Shown: positions 1-15,717, numbered from the stretch's first letter. The stretch is DNA of 64,000 bases from the human T2T-CHM13v2.0 reference genome, Homo sapiens (GCF_009914755.1 NC_060929.1); one strand, 5' to 3'. The notes: generated by a model not told the origin, from the letters alone. Translations and numbers: made by a program.

Positions 1-817
1 TGCCTGTCCTGATGTGCTGTTAAGTTATCAAAGCTCCATCTCAGAGGACAGTTGTTTTGTGTTCTGTAAACACTGAAGTATAAACATGAGTTTACTTGGA
101 ATATTTAAAGTCATGGACCAGTACTTACAATTCTAAAAATGAAAGAGAACAATATACAGTTGATGAGGTTGCACTTTTGGTTCAAATGAGATTGTAGACT
201 AGTCTGTCTAAAATGCTACTTCAGCTATTTTACAGCACAGTTTGGTATGAAGTTTCATTTACCCAGTAGAAAATTCTATTAAAGTGGGTTTTAATTAAGG
301 ATGTTTTTCAGATCTGTGTGTTTTTCTGAAGATGTGAATAACAGTAACTACTTCTAAGCCTATAACAAACAAAAAAATCCAAGACTTACCAGCTTCCAAA
401 GTTGATGTTTTAAAATGTTGGCTGTTCTAGTATTTAGTCTTTTTTTTTATTATAGTAAAGCATACATAACATAACATTTACCATTTTATCCATTTTTAAA
501 TGTATGGTTCAGTGGCATTAAGTAATTCCCATTGTTGTGCAACCATCACCACATTTTTTTTCATCTTTCCAAACTGAAGCTCTATATCCATTAAACATTA
601 ATTCCTCACTTTCCCCTACTGTCCCCGTAGTTAGTCTTGATGGGAATAAATTTGCTTTTAAAATAGCAAAAGCACATACTTTCGGTGGGCCTTAAGAGTG
701 TGTTTACTTGGTTAACCAAGCTGTAAAGGCAACAAAGCTATGTTCTTCTTAAATGCAAAAATTCTTTGGGCTAGGTAATTCTATCGTTTTTTTTTTTTTT
801 CCACAAAAACATTATAA

Positions 818-1116
<299 letters not shown>

Positions 1117-1251
1117 TGACATTATAATAGTTTAAGCAAACTTTTAAAATCTAAAATTTCAGGATTTGTCCTAAAGTAAATTTTTAACCACAGTGCAGAA
1201 CTAATTTACATGGCTTGATCATTGACCTTAAGTTTTGGTACATCTAGATTA

Positions 1252-1474
1252 AGGCTTCTCAACCTCAACGCTATTGGAATTTTAGGTCTAATAATTCTTT
1301 GCTATGGGAGCCTCTTCTGTGCATTGCAGGGTGCTTAGCAGCATCCCTGGTCTCTACCCAACAGTAGCATCCTCCTATGTCAATAACATTCTGCAGTTGT
1401 AAAAACCAAAGATGTCCCTAGTGATTTCCAGATGTCCCCTGGGGGACAAAACTGCCCCTGGTTGAGAAGCACTG
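1252..1474. mobile_element. MER20-like hAT-Charlie DNA transposon fossil
   Basis: Terminal cttctcaacct ... ggttgagaagcactg inverted ends and the internal gcagcatccctggtctctaccca motif. Confidence 0.75.
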
Positions 1475-1737
1475 ATGTAGATAATACCATTTTTAAAAAA
1501 TTTCATTTTGGAATAATTTTAGATTTCAGCAAAGTCACAGATATAATTTCTACACACCCTTCACCCATCTTCCTTAATATTAACATCTTACATAACACAA
1601 CTTGGTTAAAACTAAAAAATTAATATTAGTACAATGCTATTGACTAAACTATACACTTTATTCAAATACCTCATGTTTTACCACTAATGTCTCTTTTATG
1701 TTCTAGGGTCCAGTTCAGGGTACTACGTTGCATTTAG

Positions 1738-2063
<326 letters not shown>

Positions 2064-3121
2064 AAGAGAAGTGTTTTAATAATGAATCTTGTTATTGAGA
2101 CTGCTGACCATGGCAGGCATACTTCACATTGCCATCATTTTTACAGGTTTATGAATGCTCACAAGATTGTAATGTCATGTCCAAGGCTCTTGAATTTTCC
2201 AAAGTAAGGAAGTATTTCATAGTTTGTGTATTCATAAAAACATATTCTCCAGATAAACTACCTTTATAGATATAGTAAATGACTATCTAGTTTTATGATG
2301 CAAAAGTGTATGGCAATGAATTTCATTGTAATAAAGCTATTACGAGGTGAAAAAAGTCAGGATGTTTTTAGATCATTCCCATTGCAATCAGGGATAGCTG
2401 AGGGGATGGCAGTCACATTATGCTCTTGTAAGTTGGACCACGGTGTTTACCTGTCAAAACTGAAATGATGACTGAATTGTCAGTTTCTATAAAACACAAA
2501 GTTATAGAAAGAATTTTATTAACGTAATGACCTCCAGACATTTATTCACTGTTGAGGGAGACCACTTAGACATTCATATGTAAGAGGTTATTGTAGATCT
2601 TCTCGGCACACCAGGGAGTTCTCCATGTATAAGGCAAGTGATGTTGCTGCTTTTTGCCTCATTATGGGCACAGCAGGCAGAATGCAGTCCAAACAACAAA
2701 CAGTTTATAAGCACCAGCTTCTTGAAAGGGAGCCACTTTATTGTCCTTGGATTCAGACCAATGTAGAATTAAATGCTGCCTGGGCCAGTTTGTTAAATGT
2801 GTGAAGTAGCACCAACTTCCTAACTCTTTTTACTCTTAATTTTCTGATTTCTTAGGTGGGCATGTGTTAGGGAGGCATGAATATCCCAATGTATAAAAAG
2901 TGCATGACAAATATAAATGTTCACGAGATGGTAGCTATTACTACCAATGCAGTTATTTGTAATGTGGCTCTAGAAACTCTCTATAGCTTGTAAAATGTAT
3001 CACACCTTGATTATTATTACTATTGTTACTGTGCAAATGCATTGCAGTTGGAGAATACTACAGACCCTGGTCCAGCAATTCATATAATACCTTGTTTACT
3101 ATGAAGAGGCTTTTCTCCTAA

Positions 3122-3241
<120 letters not shown>

Positions 3242-4251
3242 TAAGTGCCGCCTTTGCTCATTTCTCTGTTTTATTTTATTAATGATAAGGGATAATTTCT
3301 TAGATAATAGTGTCTGTTGGATGGAAGGTGTAGCTTACCAAGAGTTAAGGGTCTTTGTTTGCATTTCGATGTAGTCCATCTGCTGCCTGTTATTTGTCTG
3401 GGTCACTAGGGCTGACAGCCATGGCATTAAGCAGTGTTCTAATCTGGCTAGTGGAGAAGGCTGCAGGACTACTCGAGCACTGCTTGTTTTATATATAAAA
3501 TGGAGCAAAATGGCAAAACTGTCAGCTGAGGATTTAGAACTTTAGAGGATTAGAGGATTAAAACTGAAATTCCTTTGGCACATAAACTCTTAAAGCAATA
3601 CTGATAGGGAAACAGCAGCTGCTTTTGTTGATTCTTGAAGCATCTTCTCTAGATTTGCATGGTTAAGAATGCCACCAACTTGAAATCATTCCATTGTAGG
3701 AGGATATCTCTGAAGTAGTTAATAGATGTCTGTGTCATGGTCCTAGTAGGATAGAGATGGCACAATTAAATTAGGACAAGAAAAGCTTTATTAGCAGAAA
3801 TATTTACAAAAATGTGAACAGAGGAAAGGAAACTACAAGTCCCATGGCAGTATTCCTAGACTGCTAACAGCTTGACCGTATAGCCATACCCAGGTCCAAG
3901 GAGTAAGGAGAGGGGCATTCAGGAAAAACTGGAGACAGAGAGGGCTGTGTGGAGATGGCCCTGAGGAGGAGCTGACACTCTCATTTTAGGGACTTCAGAG
4001 ATCCCACAGGCGTGAGCCAGGGGCATAAACACCTCAACTGCACTGTCCTTCCTGCCTTGAGTCTCCTGCTAGTCAGTGCTCACCACTGATCAAACCAACT
4101 GAAGCTAGAGGCCGAGGAAGTCCACGATGTGGCCCATACATGTCAGCTTCCCAGGCAGGTGGAGAAGAGTGGAAAGTGGATCTGGGGAGGAAATAAGAAA
4201 TATCCAGCCCCTAGACTTAGTGGCCATTTTTAAAATTAAGAACCAACACAT

Positions 4252-4560
4252 GACCTGGTGCGGTGGCTCACGCCTGCACTCCCAGCACTTTGGGAGGCCA
4301 AGGTGGGCCAATTGCTCGAGCTCAGGAGTTCAAGACCAGCCTGGGCAATATGGTGAAACCCCTTCTCTACAAAAAATACAAAAATTAGCTGGGTGTGGTG
4401 ACTCACTCTTGTAGTCCCAGCTACTCAGGAGACTGAGGTGGGAGGATTGCTTGAAGCCAGGGAGGTTGAGGCTTCAGTGAGCCACATTCATGCCACCGCA
4501 CTCCAGCTTGGGTGACAGAGCCAGACCCTATCTCAAAAAGAAAAAAAAAAAAAAAAAAAG
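4252..4560 (+). mobile_element. AluJ-like
   Basis: Full Alu with A-tail; ggaggattgcttga is J-type. Confidence 0.9.
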
Positions 4561-5268
4561 AACCAAAACACTAATTACTTGGTTTTCAATGATTTTGGTT
4601 ATCAAAACCGATATCCAACTTCTTGAAGCTACAGTGGGTAATTGTTATTGTATATAGCAATTTCTGGTGTGAAGAGGAATATAAATAACTAAATGGCGTG
4701 ATGGAAATGGTGGTCAGCCTAGATACATTCTCATTCTAATATTCTGACTTTGCTGCTAATCTTTAATAATTATTGTTTATTTTGAGTCATTTTCATCCTC
4801 TTTCCAACTTCCCCATTTCATTTAGTTGATCTGCAGCTCGTTGTTAATAGTTATGGTATACATTTCCATGTCATTCCATGGTCTCAGATACTGGCAACAA
4901 GGTGGTATTGTAAGGTCTTTACCCTTTCAGCTGTTATAAGTAGTTCTATTTAAAGTTTCAATAAACAGATGAAAAGATAGATTCAAAACAACAGGATTTG
5001 TTTCTGTTTTATAAATAACTCCAAGTAAATGTAGCTTTTGGTAGAAAAGGAAAATATTAGAACTAAATAAAGTGTGTGAATATAGACTCTTTCTGACTCC
5101 ATCTGGTATACAAAAATGCTGTGTTGTCTAAGGTTTCAGTGACAGTAATGCCCTCCTTGTCTATCAGCATTCAGAAATGTGGAGTTTTCTGATAGTGACA
5201 TTTCTAAATAGCTATTTTTTTCCACTATTTTAGCACCAATGCTAATGAGGAAGGTAACACATTTTATG

Positions 5269-5272
<4 letters not shown>

Positions 5273-5323
<51 letters not shown>

Positions 5324-5585
5324 GGACACAGTTTCATTCAGTCATCCAGACTGGAATGCAGTAGTGCAATCTTGGCTCACTGCAACCTCTGCCTCCTGGG
5401 TTCAAGTGATTCTCATGCTTCAGCCTCCTGAGTAGCTGGGATTACAGGTGTGCGCCACCACGCCCAGCTAATTTTTATATGCTTAGTAGAGATGGGGTTT
5501 CGCCATGTTAGCCATCCTGGTCTTGAACTCCTGACCTCAAATGATCCACCTGCGTTGGCCTCCCAAAGCACTGGGATTACAGGCT
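5273..5585 (-). mobile_element. AluS, slightly 5'-truncated, with pure T50 tail
   Basis: T run 5273-5322; TSD-like TTATGGAAAT on both sides. Confidence 0.9.
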
Positions 5586-6122
5586 CCCAAACTTATGGAA
5601 ATATTTCTAAACTATTTTGTAAACATAGATACTTTTAAAAGTAGCATTGAAAAATACAGTTTCATCTTCCCGTGATGATTTAGGGTCATCCATTTTTGGA
5701 CAATGCAGTTTTATGGACATGAACTCTTGGCTGTTGGGCTGGGATGAGCTCATTTCTCCTGCAATTAATGGTCCCATTTGACTATGATCACATTGAATGC
5801 TTGGTCTCCACTGGCTTTCTGTCTCCTTTGTCAGCTGTTGCTAGCAGACCTTTTCTTCTCATCTAATTTGCTGTACCTGGTCTGTTCTAGATAGAACTAG
5901 ATCAACACTAGATATCTACACTTAGAAAAATTGTGAGCAAATAATGAGTAAATACAAATATCTTCATTTTGAAGACCTAAGTGATTTGGACCTAGGAATG
6001 AAGGGGATTTGAGTTTCCACCTTTTTTTTTTTTTACTGTGGGTGATAACATCTGGGGGCACTAAGCTCAGAGCATCACTTTTCATTTCTCCTTCTCAGCT
6101 TTTACGAACAAAAATCTTGTAA

Positions 6123-6383
<261 letters not shown>

Positions 6384-7815
6384 TGAGGATTTAAAAAATG
6401 TGGTTTCCAGTTTAGCAGTGGGCCGAAGAAGATACTTGAGGATGTTAAAGACTCAGACTGATTTGACATGCACTGACCTCTCCTATACCCCTCACTGGAG
6501 AAGGGCACAGATCACAGACCTCAGAGGATAAGATTCCCACATTCCTGATGTGGAAATGTTCTCCCAAACAGGGGTGATTCCATGCCACCTTCATGATTTT
6601 TACTCTGTCCTTGTATTATCCATATTGTGTACTCATTTTTTAAAAGTCTGACATAAAAATAACTTAAAAATGAAAACTTTATATCATGTCCTTAAAAGGA
6701 GGTATCACTTGCCATAAATACTAGGTAACTATAAAAGTTATATGTAATGGAACTAAATAAAGTTGTGGACTCTAGCCAGATACTGGTCCAACATTGACTA
6801 TGCTGTTTCTCTGTGAGTTTAGCAAGTGTTAGAGGGGTGTTAAAAACATACTAGCACCAAGCTGACACTTTCTTCTAGAAGTAATCAGACGGATTTGAAG
6901 AGAATAGAAGAAGAAGTTACTTTCTCACGTTGTGATTCAATATTTGCTAACACTATGTTTAAGTAGTACTTACAGTGATCTTGAACTCCCCCAAGAGCAC
7001 GGCAAACCTCCCATGATTTGGGCAGTACTATGAAAGTGGAATGGCTGGGTCTCCAGAGCCAAGTCACTGTCTGGGCTTCCCTATCTGTAAATTTAGGAGC
7101 TGGACTCTATGACTTGTAAGGTCTCTGTTGTCTCTTCACTCTCTGCCCTCCTGGCCTGTACCCGCTGGCACCTGTCCCCTCACTCCCTCAAGGTTTGCAG
7201 CACAGACTGATGACATACATATGTGACTCTAGCCATGTCTGGGTCACTTTTGGTTAGGTGGTCACCATTGTCTGCTGGCTGACCTTGTTACTCATCTTTG
7301 GAAGACTCCTGGCTGGTGTATTCCAACCATGGACTTTCCATGCACAGACTCCTTGCCTCCTTAACTCATTTCTGGTTTGTTTTTTGGGATTTGTAGCCTT
7401 TTGCATGCCATGCTCTCTCTCAAAGCAAGTTAAGTTCTCTTTTTTTCTCTCTCTCTTTGTTTGAGTCTTGACTTGGTTCTTTGTTGAGGGCTTCTCATTT
7501 GACCTCAGTTGCTGGCTTATATGGACAGCAGCATGTATGTAGGAGATAGTTGAAGAGCTCTTGACTTGGATAAAACCACCCCATGTGGTCTAACCAATAT
7601 AAAGCCTGCTACCAACCTCAAAACCTATTTCTTTGGAGTGGAGCAAAATGCCCCAATTTCCTGGTCCTACTGCTTTTCCAGGGGATAATTTATTATATCA
7701 TCCCAGGCAGGAGCTTCTACAGCTCTGATCACCACATTATTACTTTGGAGGTGATGTTCTTTGACTCCCCGACCTCCACAATGTACCATTAAGCCTCTTT
7801 CACTTACTTTTCCAG

Positions 7816-7997
7816 CTGAGAGCAGCAAATGTGTCTGCCGAGAAGCATCGGAGTGCGAGGAAGAAGGGTTTAGCATTTGTGTGGAAGTGAACGGCAAGGA
7901 GCAGACGATGTCTGAGTGTGAGGCGGGCGCTCTGAGATGCAGAGGGCAGAGCATCTCTGTCACCAGCATAAGGCCTTGTGCTGCGGAAACCCAGTAG
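7816..7997 (+). CDS. C7: C7 last coding exon: [60 protein letters not shown]
   Basis: Acceptor ttttccAG|, TAG at 7995-7997; known C7 C-terminus (FIMAC module 2). Confidence 0.97.
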
Positions 7998-8537
7998 GCT
8001 CCTGGAGGCCATGGTCAGCTTGCTTGGAATCCAGCAGGCAGCTGGGGCTGAGTGAAAACATCTGCACAACTGGGCACTGGACAGCTTTTCCTTCTTCTCC
8101 AGTGTCTACCTTCCTCCTCAACTCCCAGCCATCTGTATAAACACAATCCTTTGTTCTCCCAAATCTGAATCGAATTACTCTTTTGCCTCCTTTTTAATGT
8201 CAGTAAGGATATGAGCCTTTGCACAGGCTGGCTGCGTGTTCTTGAAATAGGTGTTACCTTCTCTGGGCCTTGGTTTTTTAAAATCTGTAAAATTAGAGGA
8301 TTGCACTAGAGAAACTTGAATGCTCCATTCAGGCCTATCATTTTATTAAGTATGATTGACACAGCCCATGGGCCAGAACACACTCTACAAAATGACTAGG
8401 ATAACAGAAAGAACGTGATCTCCTGATTAGAGAGGGTGGTTTTCCTCAATGGAACCAAATATAAAGAGGACTTGAACAAAAATGACAGATACAAACTATT
8501 TCTATCCTGAGTAGTAATCTCACACTTCATCCTATAG

Positions 8538-8867
<330 letters not shown>

Positions 8868-9340
8868 GGAATACTTACTCTTGTCGGGAGATTGAACCAC
8901 TAAAATGTTAGAGCAGAATTCATTATGCTGTGGTCACAGGGGTGTCTTGTCTGAGAACAAATACAATTCAGTCTTCTCTTTGGGGTTTTAGTATGTGTCA
9001 AACATAGGACTGGAAGTTTGCCCCTGTTCTTTTTTCTTTTGAAAGAACATCAGTTCATGCCTGAGGCATGAGTGACTGTGCATTTGAGAATAGTTTTCCC
9101 TATTCTGTGGATACAGTCCCAGAGTTTTCAGGGAGTACACAGGTAGATTAGTTTGAAGCATTGACCTTTTATTTATTCCTTATTTCTCTTTCATCAAAAC
9201 AAAACAGCAGCTGTGGGAGGAGAAATGAGAGGGCTTAAATGAAATTTAAAATAAGCTATATTATACAAATACTATCTCTGTATTGTTCTGACCCTGGTAA
9301 ATATATTTCAAAACTTCAGATGACAAGGATTAGAACACTC

Positions 9341-9346
9341 ATTAAA
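9341..9346 (+). terminator. Candidate C7 polyadenylation signal ATTAAA
   Basis: ATTAAA with downstream ttgtttcatttgtatgatgtttcatttt GU/U-rich element. Confidence 0.6.
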
Positions 9347-11069
9347 GATGCTATTCTTCAGAATTGTTTCATTTGTATGATGTTTCATTTTAGAGAAGAT
9401 TTTCATGATGAAGGGTTAATGTGTTCTTGCCTGAAGTTTTATGTCTGATCCAGATCTAGCTTTTTGTATCAAAGTGTGCCCTAAGGGAAGATGCAGATAT
9501 AATATGTTGAAGTTACAAGGAGGCAGGTTTCAATTGGTTAAAAACAATGACATTCAGACATTGCAACTGCATTTGTTAGCGGTTATTACAGAGTTAATTT
9601 CTACCCTGGATGGGAGGACACATTTGAACATGCTAGGCCTGGATGCAGACCCTGAGACAAAAGGTTGAACAAGTAATTCATTTGGAAGGAAATACCTCAG
9701 TATCCTTCCAATAATTTCTCCTCTTAGCTTAAGCTAGTATGGAGTTAGATTCCTACCGCTTATGTATCACCATGCCCCCTTCCTAAATAATACAGAGGAT
9801 ATGGTCAGCATTATCACATATCATCAGAGATTGAGGTTTGAAAGAAAGGAAATGAGTAGATGTAACTAAGAGGTTTGAGAAAGGAATTTCAGCAGAGTTA
9901 TTGAAGGAGAAGTCAAGGAGAGGAGAAGGAGAGGAGCAGTGAATGTTGTCGTGAAGAGGTGTTGTCTTGAAATACTGTATTTTTTTCCTCCTTTTCTTTT
10001 CTGAACATTCTTGTGCTGACCTTTCCTCTAGTCCAACAGAGGCATTCACAATTGCCTGTGGAGAATTAGGATTGTCGCAGCAGGTCAGCAAGGAGAAAGT
10101 CATTTTTAAGATTAAATTTTTAAAAATGTTTTGAAACTTCCAAAATAAGTTCTTGAACACCTATGGAGAGGCTTTGAGGAAAGTTAAGGGAATGATTTTA
10201 TACCACAAAAATAAATGGAAAAAGAATAAAGACTGTGAGAATTCCATCTTCCTGCCCTTTCCTGTGCCTCAGATCAGGTGAGGGTCATCTGGGTTAGAAG
10301 GGGATAGAGCCTTGGAGGAGGCAGAGGGCAGAAAGCATTGCTGAGATTAGAGTCATTTGGCCCTCAGAAGGAACAGACAAAGAGAAGGAAATTGGCTGGT
10401 GCATTAATCATCACTAGCTTCAGGGAGCTATGTGGAGGCCAAGGCACATCCTACAGATCATCGCTTACCACTCATGAGGACGCTACAAGTTACCTGGGCA
10501 GAGAAGGTGCCTGAGAATATTTCCTAATCGTTTTGAGAAGTGCCTTCCTGTGACATCTTATGTATTTCCTAATTGATCAAAAGTAGTGCTGCTTCTCTAA
10601 GCCCTGAGATTTAATGAGCCCCATTCAAACTGTTATTAATGTAACCTTCTTTCCCAGTGCAGGATGACTTGTAATCACCTTGAAAGAGAAGGAGGGTTCT
10701 TCGTATTCAGGTAGGGTATGGTAGGGATGTGGAGTGCCAAGCAGGAAATCTGACAAGTGACCCCCGGAACTTTGGATTACCTAGCAACTAGCCAGGTAAC
10801 TGGCTAATCTGATTGAGGGTTGCCCTCTTTGCTGGGCAGATCATGGCTAATCTCAGCTTCACATGAGTCTTGTGAACCATCTAGTTGTTTTGTAACTGCT
10901 AAGAGCTGCAAGTGCTGAGCAGCTGGTTTATACAGCATTCCCTGAAACAGCCTAGTATGTGTCCATTTATGTGCCCGGCTTATTATGTGTCCACTTATGT
11001 GTCCAATTAGTAATCACTTTTTCTTTCGGTCAAGGTATGTGTATTAATCAATATTTTTTGAACCCGTCC

Positions 11070-11456
11070 TGTCTCAGTCTGTTTTATGCTGTTATAACAG
11101 AATATCACCAACTGGGTAATTTATAATGAGCATAAATTTATTTGGCTGCTGGTTCTGAAGGCTGGGAAGTCCATGAGCATGGTGCTGGCATCTGGCAGGG
11201 CCTTCATGCTGCATCATCCTATGGCAAAACGTGGAAGGGCAAGAGAGAGCAAGAGGAAGCAGGGGCTGAACTCGTTTTTATAACAAAAGCACCCTCATGA
11301 TAACTAACCCATTCCCGTTACAACAACACAATCCATTCATAGCAGCAGAGACCTCATGTCCTAATCACTTCTTATGAAGGCTTGCCTCCCAACACGTGCA
11401 TTGGAGGTTAAGTTTCCAACACATGAACTTTGGGAAACACATGCAAACCACGGCAC
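11070..11456 (-). mobile_element. MaLR solo LTR (MST/MLT1A-like)
   Basis: tgtctcagtctgttttatgctgttataacagaata...ctgggtaatttataa...caaaccacggca. Confidence 0.75.
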
Positions 11457-11504
11457 CATGGTTTATCATTATTCTGTATTTTCTTTATGTTCCTATTCAC
11501 ATTT

Positions 11505-11637
11505 CTTATACACACATACTCACCCACCACAGGCATTTGGATTATTTGGAGATAATACACACATACTCACACATAATACACACAAACTTACTCACTTATA
11601 CACACATACTCACCCACCACAGGCATTTGGATTATTT
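11505..11637 (+). repeat. Exact 43-bp direct repeat with 90-bp period
   Basis: cttatacacacatactcacccaccacaggcatttggattattt at 11505-11547 and 11595-11637. Confidence 0.95.
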
Positions 11638-13741
11638 TCACAGCATAATAGCTAGTGGAAGTGGTCATCATCATAAACTTGAAGAAAACTTAAGATATTG
11701 CATACTTTGGGCACAAGATGAAGTGGGTATTCAGGGGTATCCAATACTTCTCTTTCTCTTCTCTGAAGTAGAGCGGATAGACAAAGAAGAGAAGAGAAAA
11801 GAAAAGGGGAGGCAGGAGAGATAGAAAGAGAGAGATAAATTGGGCCATTCTTAGTATGGGATTGGCAGAACTGAGTAGCCATACCAGTCCACTGAGATTT
11901 TTCTTCCTTGATGGACTAGTTAAAGTGTACTCAATACTTGTGTTAGAAACAGAATGGCTTGTTTCTTTCTCAGAGCACTAAGCCAGAAAAGCGACATCAG
12001 TAGGAGGCAATTTCCATTAATGTCTGAGAAAACAGGTTTATGCCTGCCTTTCAATTACCTTGGACTTTCAGGCCATTCACACATTTGTGGACGAGAAAGC
12101 TGATGCCATGATAGGAGCCCCTGCTGTGACAACCAAAGCACCTACAATTTGTCTTTTTATTTATTCCTGTCAGGCTGTGAAGGCAAAGCTCTAGATTTAC
12201 ATTCAAGATATCAATCACATAGAAAAATTTGCTTCCTCAGCCAGGGGTTAACAAGACCAGATGGAAAGACTGCCGTTGTTTGAAAGGGGTGGGCTGGAGG
12301 TGAGAAGGTGGGCAAGAGAAGAAAACATGAAAATGTTCTTTTCAATTCATAGGCTGAGGACAATTTCCTGTGAAAAGACAAACATAGGAACTGCTCTGTT
12401 ATCACTGTTATTTCCATGCATCTCTATGAGAGGAGACTTGCACTGAATTCCAGGGAAGGGGACTTAGTTATACGGCAGATCAATGATGTCCAAGACAGAG
12501 AAACATTGACTGAAAAACGAAGCACATGCGATGTTGGCTTGAGGGTCTATTACAAAATAATCAGCTGCCCTAGTCAACTGGGAACACAGAGAGGTCAAGG
12601 AATTTTCAGCAACAGTAAAATATAATTTTCTTATTAAAGAAAAAGTTTTGCCTGGCATCCCTAAGAGAAAATGGATTAACATGAAAGGCTCAGGATTGGT
12701 GTATCATTAGGCCATATACAACCCACGTGTGCATTATGACAGTATTTAATAAGGGGCCACAACTGAACTCTAAGTCCAGAAACTCTTTTTTGCACAGGTA
12801 GCACCAAGAGCAACTCCTGAAGTCAGGCATTATATAAAGCTGTATTCAAGCCCACTGACTGGACCCCCTTGTGACCCTATAGAATTAAGCAGCTTTGGTA
12901 TGATGATAATGAGCCTTCCAAAGTATCTTGAGTCTCTTAATAATGTAATGATTGGCTGTTTAGCATGGACATGGGCACAGATTCATTAAATGTGGCAGAG
13001 AAAGGCACTTTTGAGGAAATCTGGTTCCCAAATCCCCTATAGCTTGGTGAAAATAGTGACTTATCCTCATTGCTCAGTACACTGGCTGTATATGCTCAAT
13101 AAAATGTCCATTTTACAGTCACTTTCCACAGTCTCACAGCTAGTTAGCAGAAAGTCTAGTCTTAAAAAATCTCTTTATCTCCCAGAGTAGAGCTCATCCT
13201 GTTTCACTCTAGCACTGGCCCCTTTACTGTCTTGTAGACCTTGCGGATATTGTATGCTAGTCGTGTCTTGCCAGACAGCAGCATAGTTAAATGAGTCGTG
13301 TAGGGGTGGTTTCTTGCTATAGCTAGAGTGCTAGTATTATGAAATGTCAGCATAGACTTAAATAGGCAAGACATTTCTTTTGTTCCATGAGTAGTATGAT
13401 CCTCCTAATTATCTTCCTTCCTTGTTTTGAATATAGATGGAGGTTTCCTGTAACCTTCCCTGTGGAGCATTGATTGAGGGTAGGGAAGTTGAAAATTGTG
13501 GTAGACAAGGAGCCAGAAGGCTTAAGGAGGAAGCTTAGCAATTACTGAGATCTAAACAATGTTGACAAATAGGCCTAAGTTTTGGAAAAGTTGATCTTGG
13601 GACTTTGGCTTATGAAGAGACTGCTAGTCCTGCTTCTAACAGTGGAGGTGACTGGAGCTAACAGTTCTTTTGGATGTATACTGGGAATTATAATCCTGCA
13701 ATAAACATTCTTTCCAATTTAGATGGGAGAAAGGAGGGGAC

Positions 13742-14105
13742 TGTCTTAGTTGGTTCAGGTCTCTATAACAGAATACCACAGACTGGGTGGCTTAAACAAC
13801 ATTTATTTTTCACAGTTCTGTAGGCTGGAAAGTCCAAGATGACAAATTTAGTGTCTATCAGGGGCCTGCTTCCTAGTTTGCAGATGGCCACCTTTTCTCT
13901 GTGTCCTCACATGGTGGACAAAGAGGGAGCTCTGGTCTCTTACTCTCCTTATCAGGGCACTAACATCATCAAAAGGGCCCCACCCTCATGACCTCATCTA
14001 TACCTAATATCCCCCAAAGAATCTACCTCCAAATACCATTGCATTGGGAATTAAAGCTTTAACATATGAATGGGTGGGGTGACACAAATATTCAGTCTGT
14101 AGTAG
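13742..14105 (-). mobile_element. MLT1A-like MaLR solo LTR
   Basis: tgtcttagtt...accacagactgggtggcttaaacaac...attcagtctgtag. Confidence 0.75.
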
Positions 14106-15717
14106 AGACTGTGAACTGGTGTGATTTTTTGGGTGAAACTGTTGCTTCATTCAGTGGGTTTCTGAGGAATTTTGCTTCAAAAGCTTGCCCTTTGGCAATC
14201 CTGGCAAGTAATGCAAAGAGATCAAACTAAATTTATAAATCAGATATATTGTGTCTGCAGATGCTGGGGAGACACTTTTCTCTCATATTGAAATAGCAGT
14301 GCCTCAAAGATCTAATACAGGAGCTCAGCAACGTAGGCTGGAATTACCATCTCTTCTGAGACAGAACACTGGTCCTCAATCTTCAGATGTGTAATGCAAA
14401 GACTTGAATACCAGAAAAGAGCAATGTTAACATTTAAAGCTAAAACTTCAGTAGTGCTTATCATGTGCCAGTAAATGCTGCTAGTTGCCTAGTTCCTTGC
14501 TTCTTATGAGTGGTTGATCAGAAATATCCAATGCAGATATTTCGTTTATCTCTATTACCAGTTCATGCCATGGTGTGTAAGTGCTTTCTTTACTACTGGA
14601 AATAGAGTCATTAGCATCTTTAAACTCAGATCCAAATCAGAAAACTTGTCCTTGAAATTCTGTTTCTCTAGAACCACTCTCAGTACATAAATCTTTATTA
14701 GGGTTCTTCAGAAAAACAGAACCAGTCGGATAGATATAGATATATGATATCATATATATCCTAAAGGATATATATATATAAAATATATATTTATATAATT
14801 TATTAAGTTTTTAATATTTTCTATTTTTGTCCTCATTGTCTTGAGCATATGGAGCACATTTTTAATAGCATTACAAGTTTTAATATATTAATTCAATCAA
14901 TTTTGGCATTTATGGGTCCATTTCAATTATTTTTAAAAAGTTTCTTTTGGTTAATATTATTTCTTTTTTGAATGACTTACAATTTTTTGACAAATTTTAC
15001 ATTGTTTCATGCTGGATTTGATCCTAATGCACAGCTAACTTACGTAGAATAGGTTAAATCTTTTAGTGCAATCAAAAGCTACCATTAATCTAGAGTTTAT
15101 ATTATGTCCTTCCATTCTGGTTGGTACGAAATGATCCCTCCTTATGTGAATTTTAGGAATTGTTAGGCTTTCTGGTTTCTGGTACTTCTCTCCCTCACTT
15201 GTACACAGCTCAGCTTCCAGTCAGCACTCAGCATAGATCAGCAACGGTCCCACTCTGCTGAGCTCCAGAGCTCTCATTCCTCCTTGTGCAGCTCCTTTGT
15301 CTCAGGCAATTTACTCTATAAATTCTAATGCCTTGACTCCCCAAACTGAGGTTTTAGTTCTTCAATTCAGTGAAGCCAATGGACACTGTTTGAAATCCAC
15401 CTACCTGTGCAGTGGCCTGGAAATCGCCACCGGGAAGTAAGCCGTGGCAAGTCTAAGTCTCACCTCATTTGTTTCCCTTCTCTTGGGGGTCATAATCCTT
15501 CAATGACTTTTGTCAAATGTTTAAAAACCATTGACTTTCATTTTTTTCCAGTTGATTAAGGTGGAAGAGGAAATCTAATTCCTGTCACTCCATAATGGTC
15601 AAAAGCAGAAATTTCTTAAATATAATAGCATTTAAAATAAGCCTCTCATTCAAGTCCAGACATGAACTGCATGGCGGTCTGCTTCACAAAAGTGGAATGC
15701 AACATCACTGAGGGTAT

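Noticed and set aside
11374-11824. ORFs with repeated peptide (YTHTHPPQAFGLF x2) and a repeat-spacer-repeat look
   Set aside because: Explained by the 43-bp duplication. Only two units in mammalian DNA, so it is not CRISPR-like, and there is no splice or codon support.
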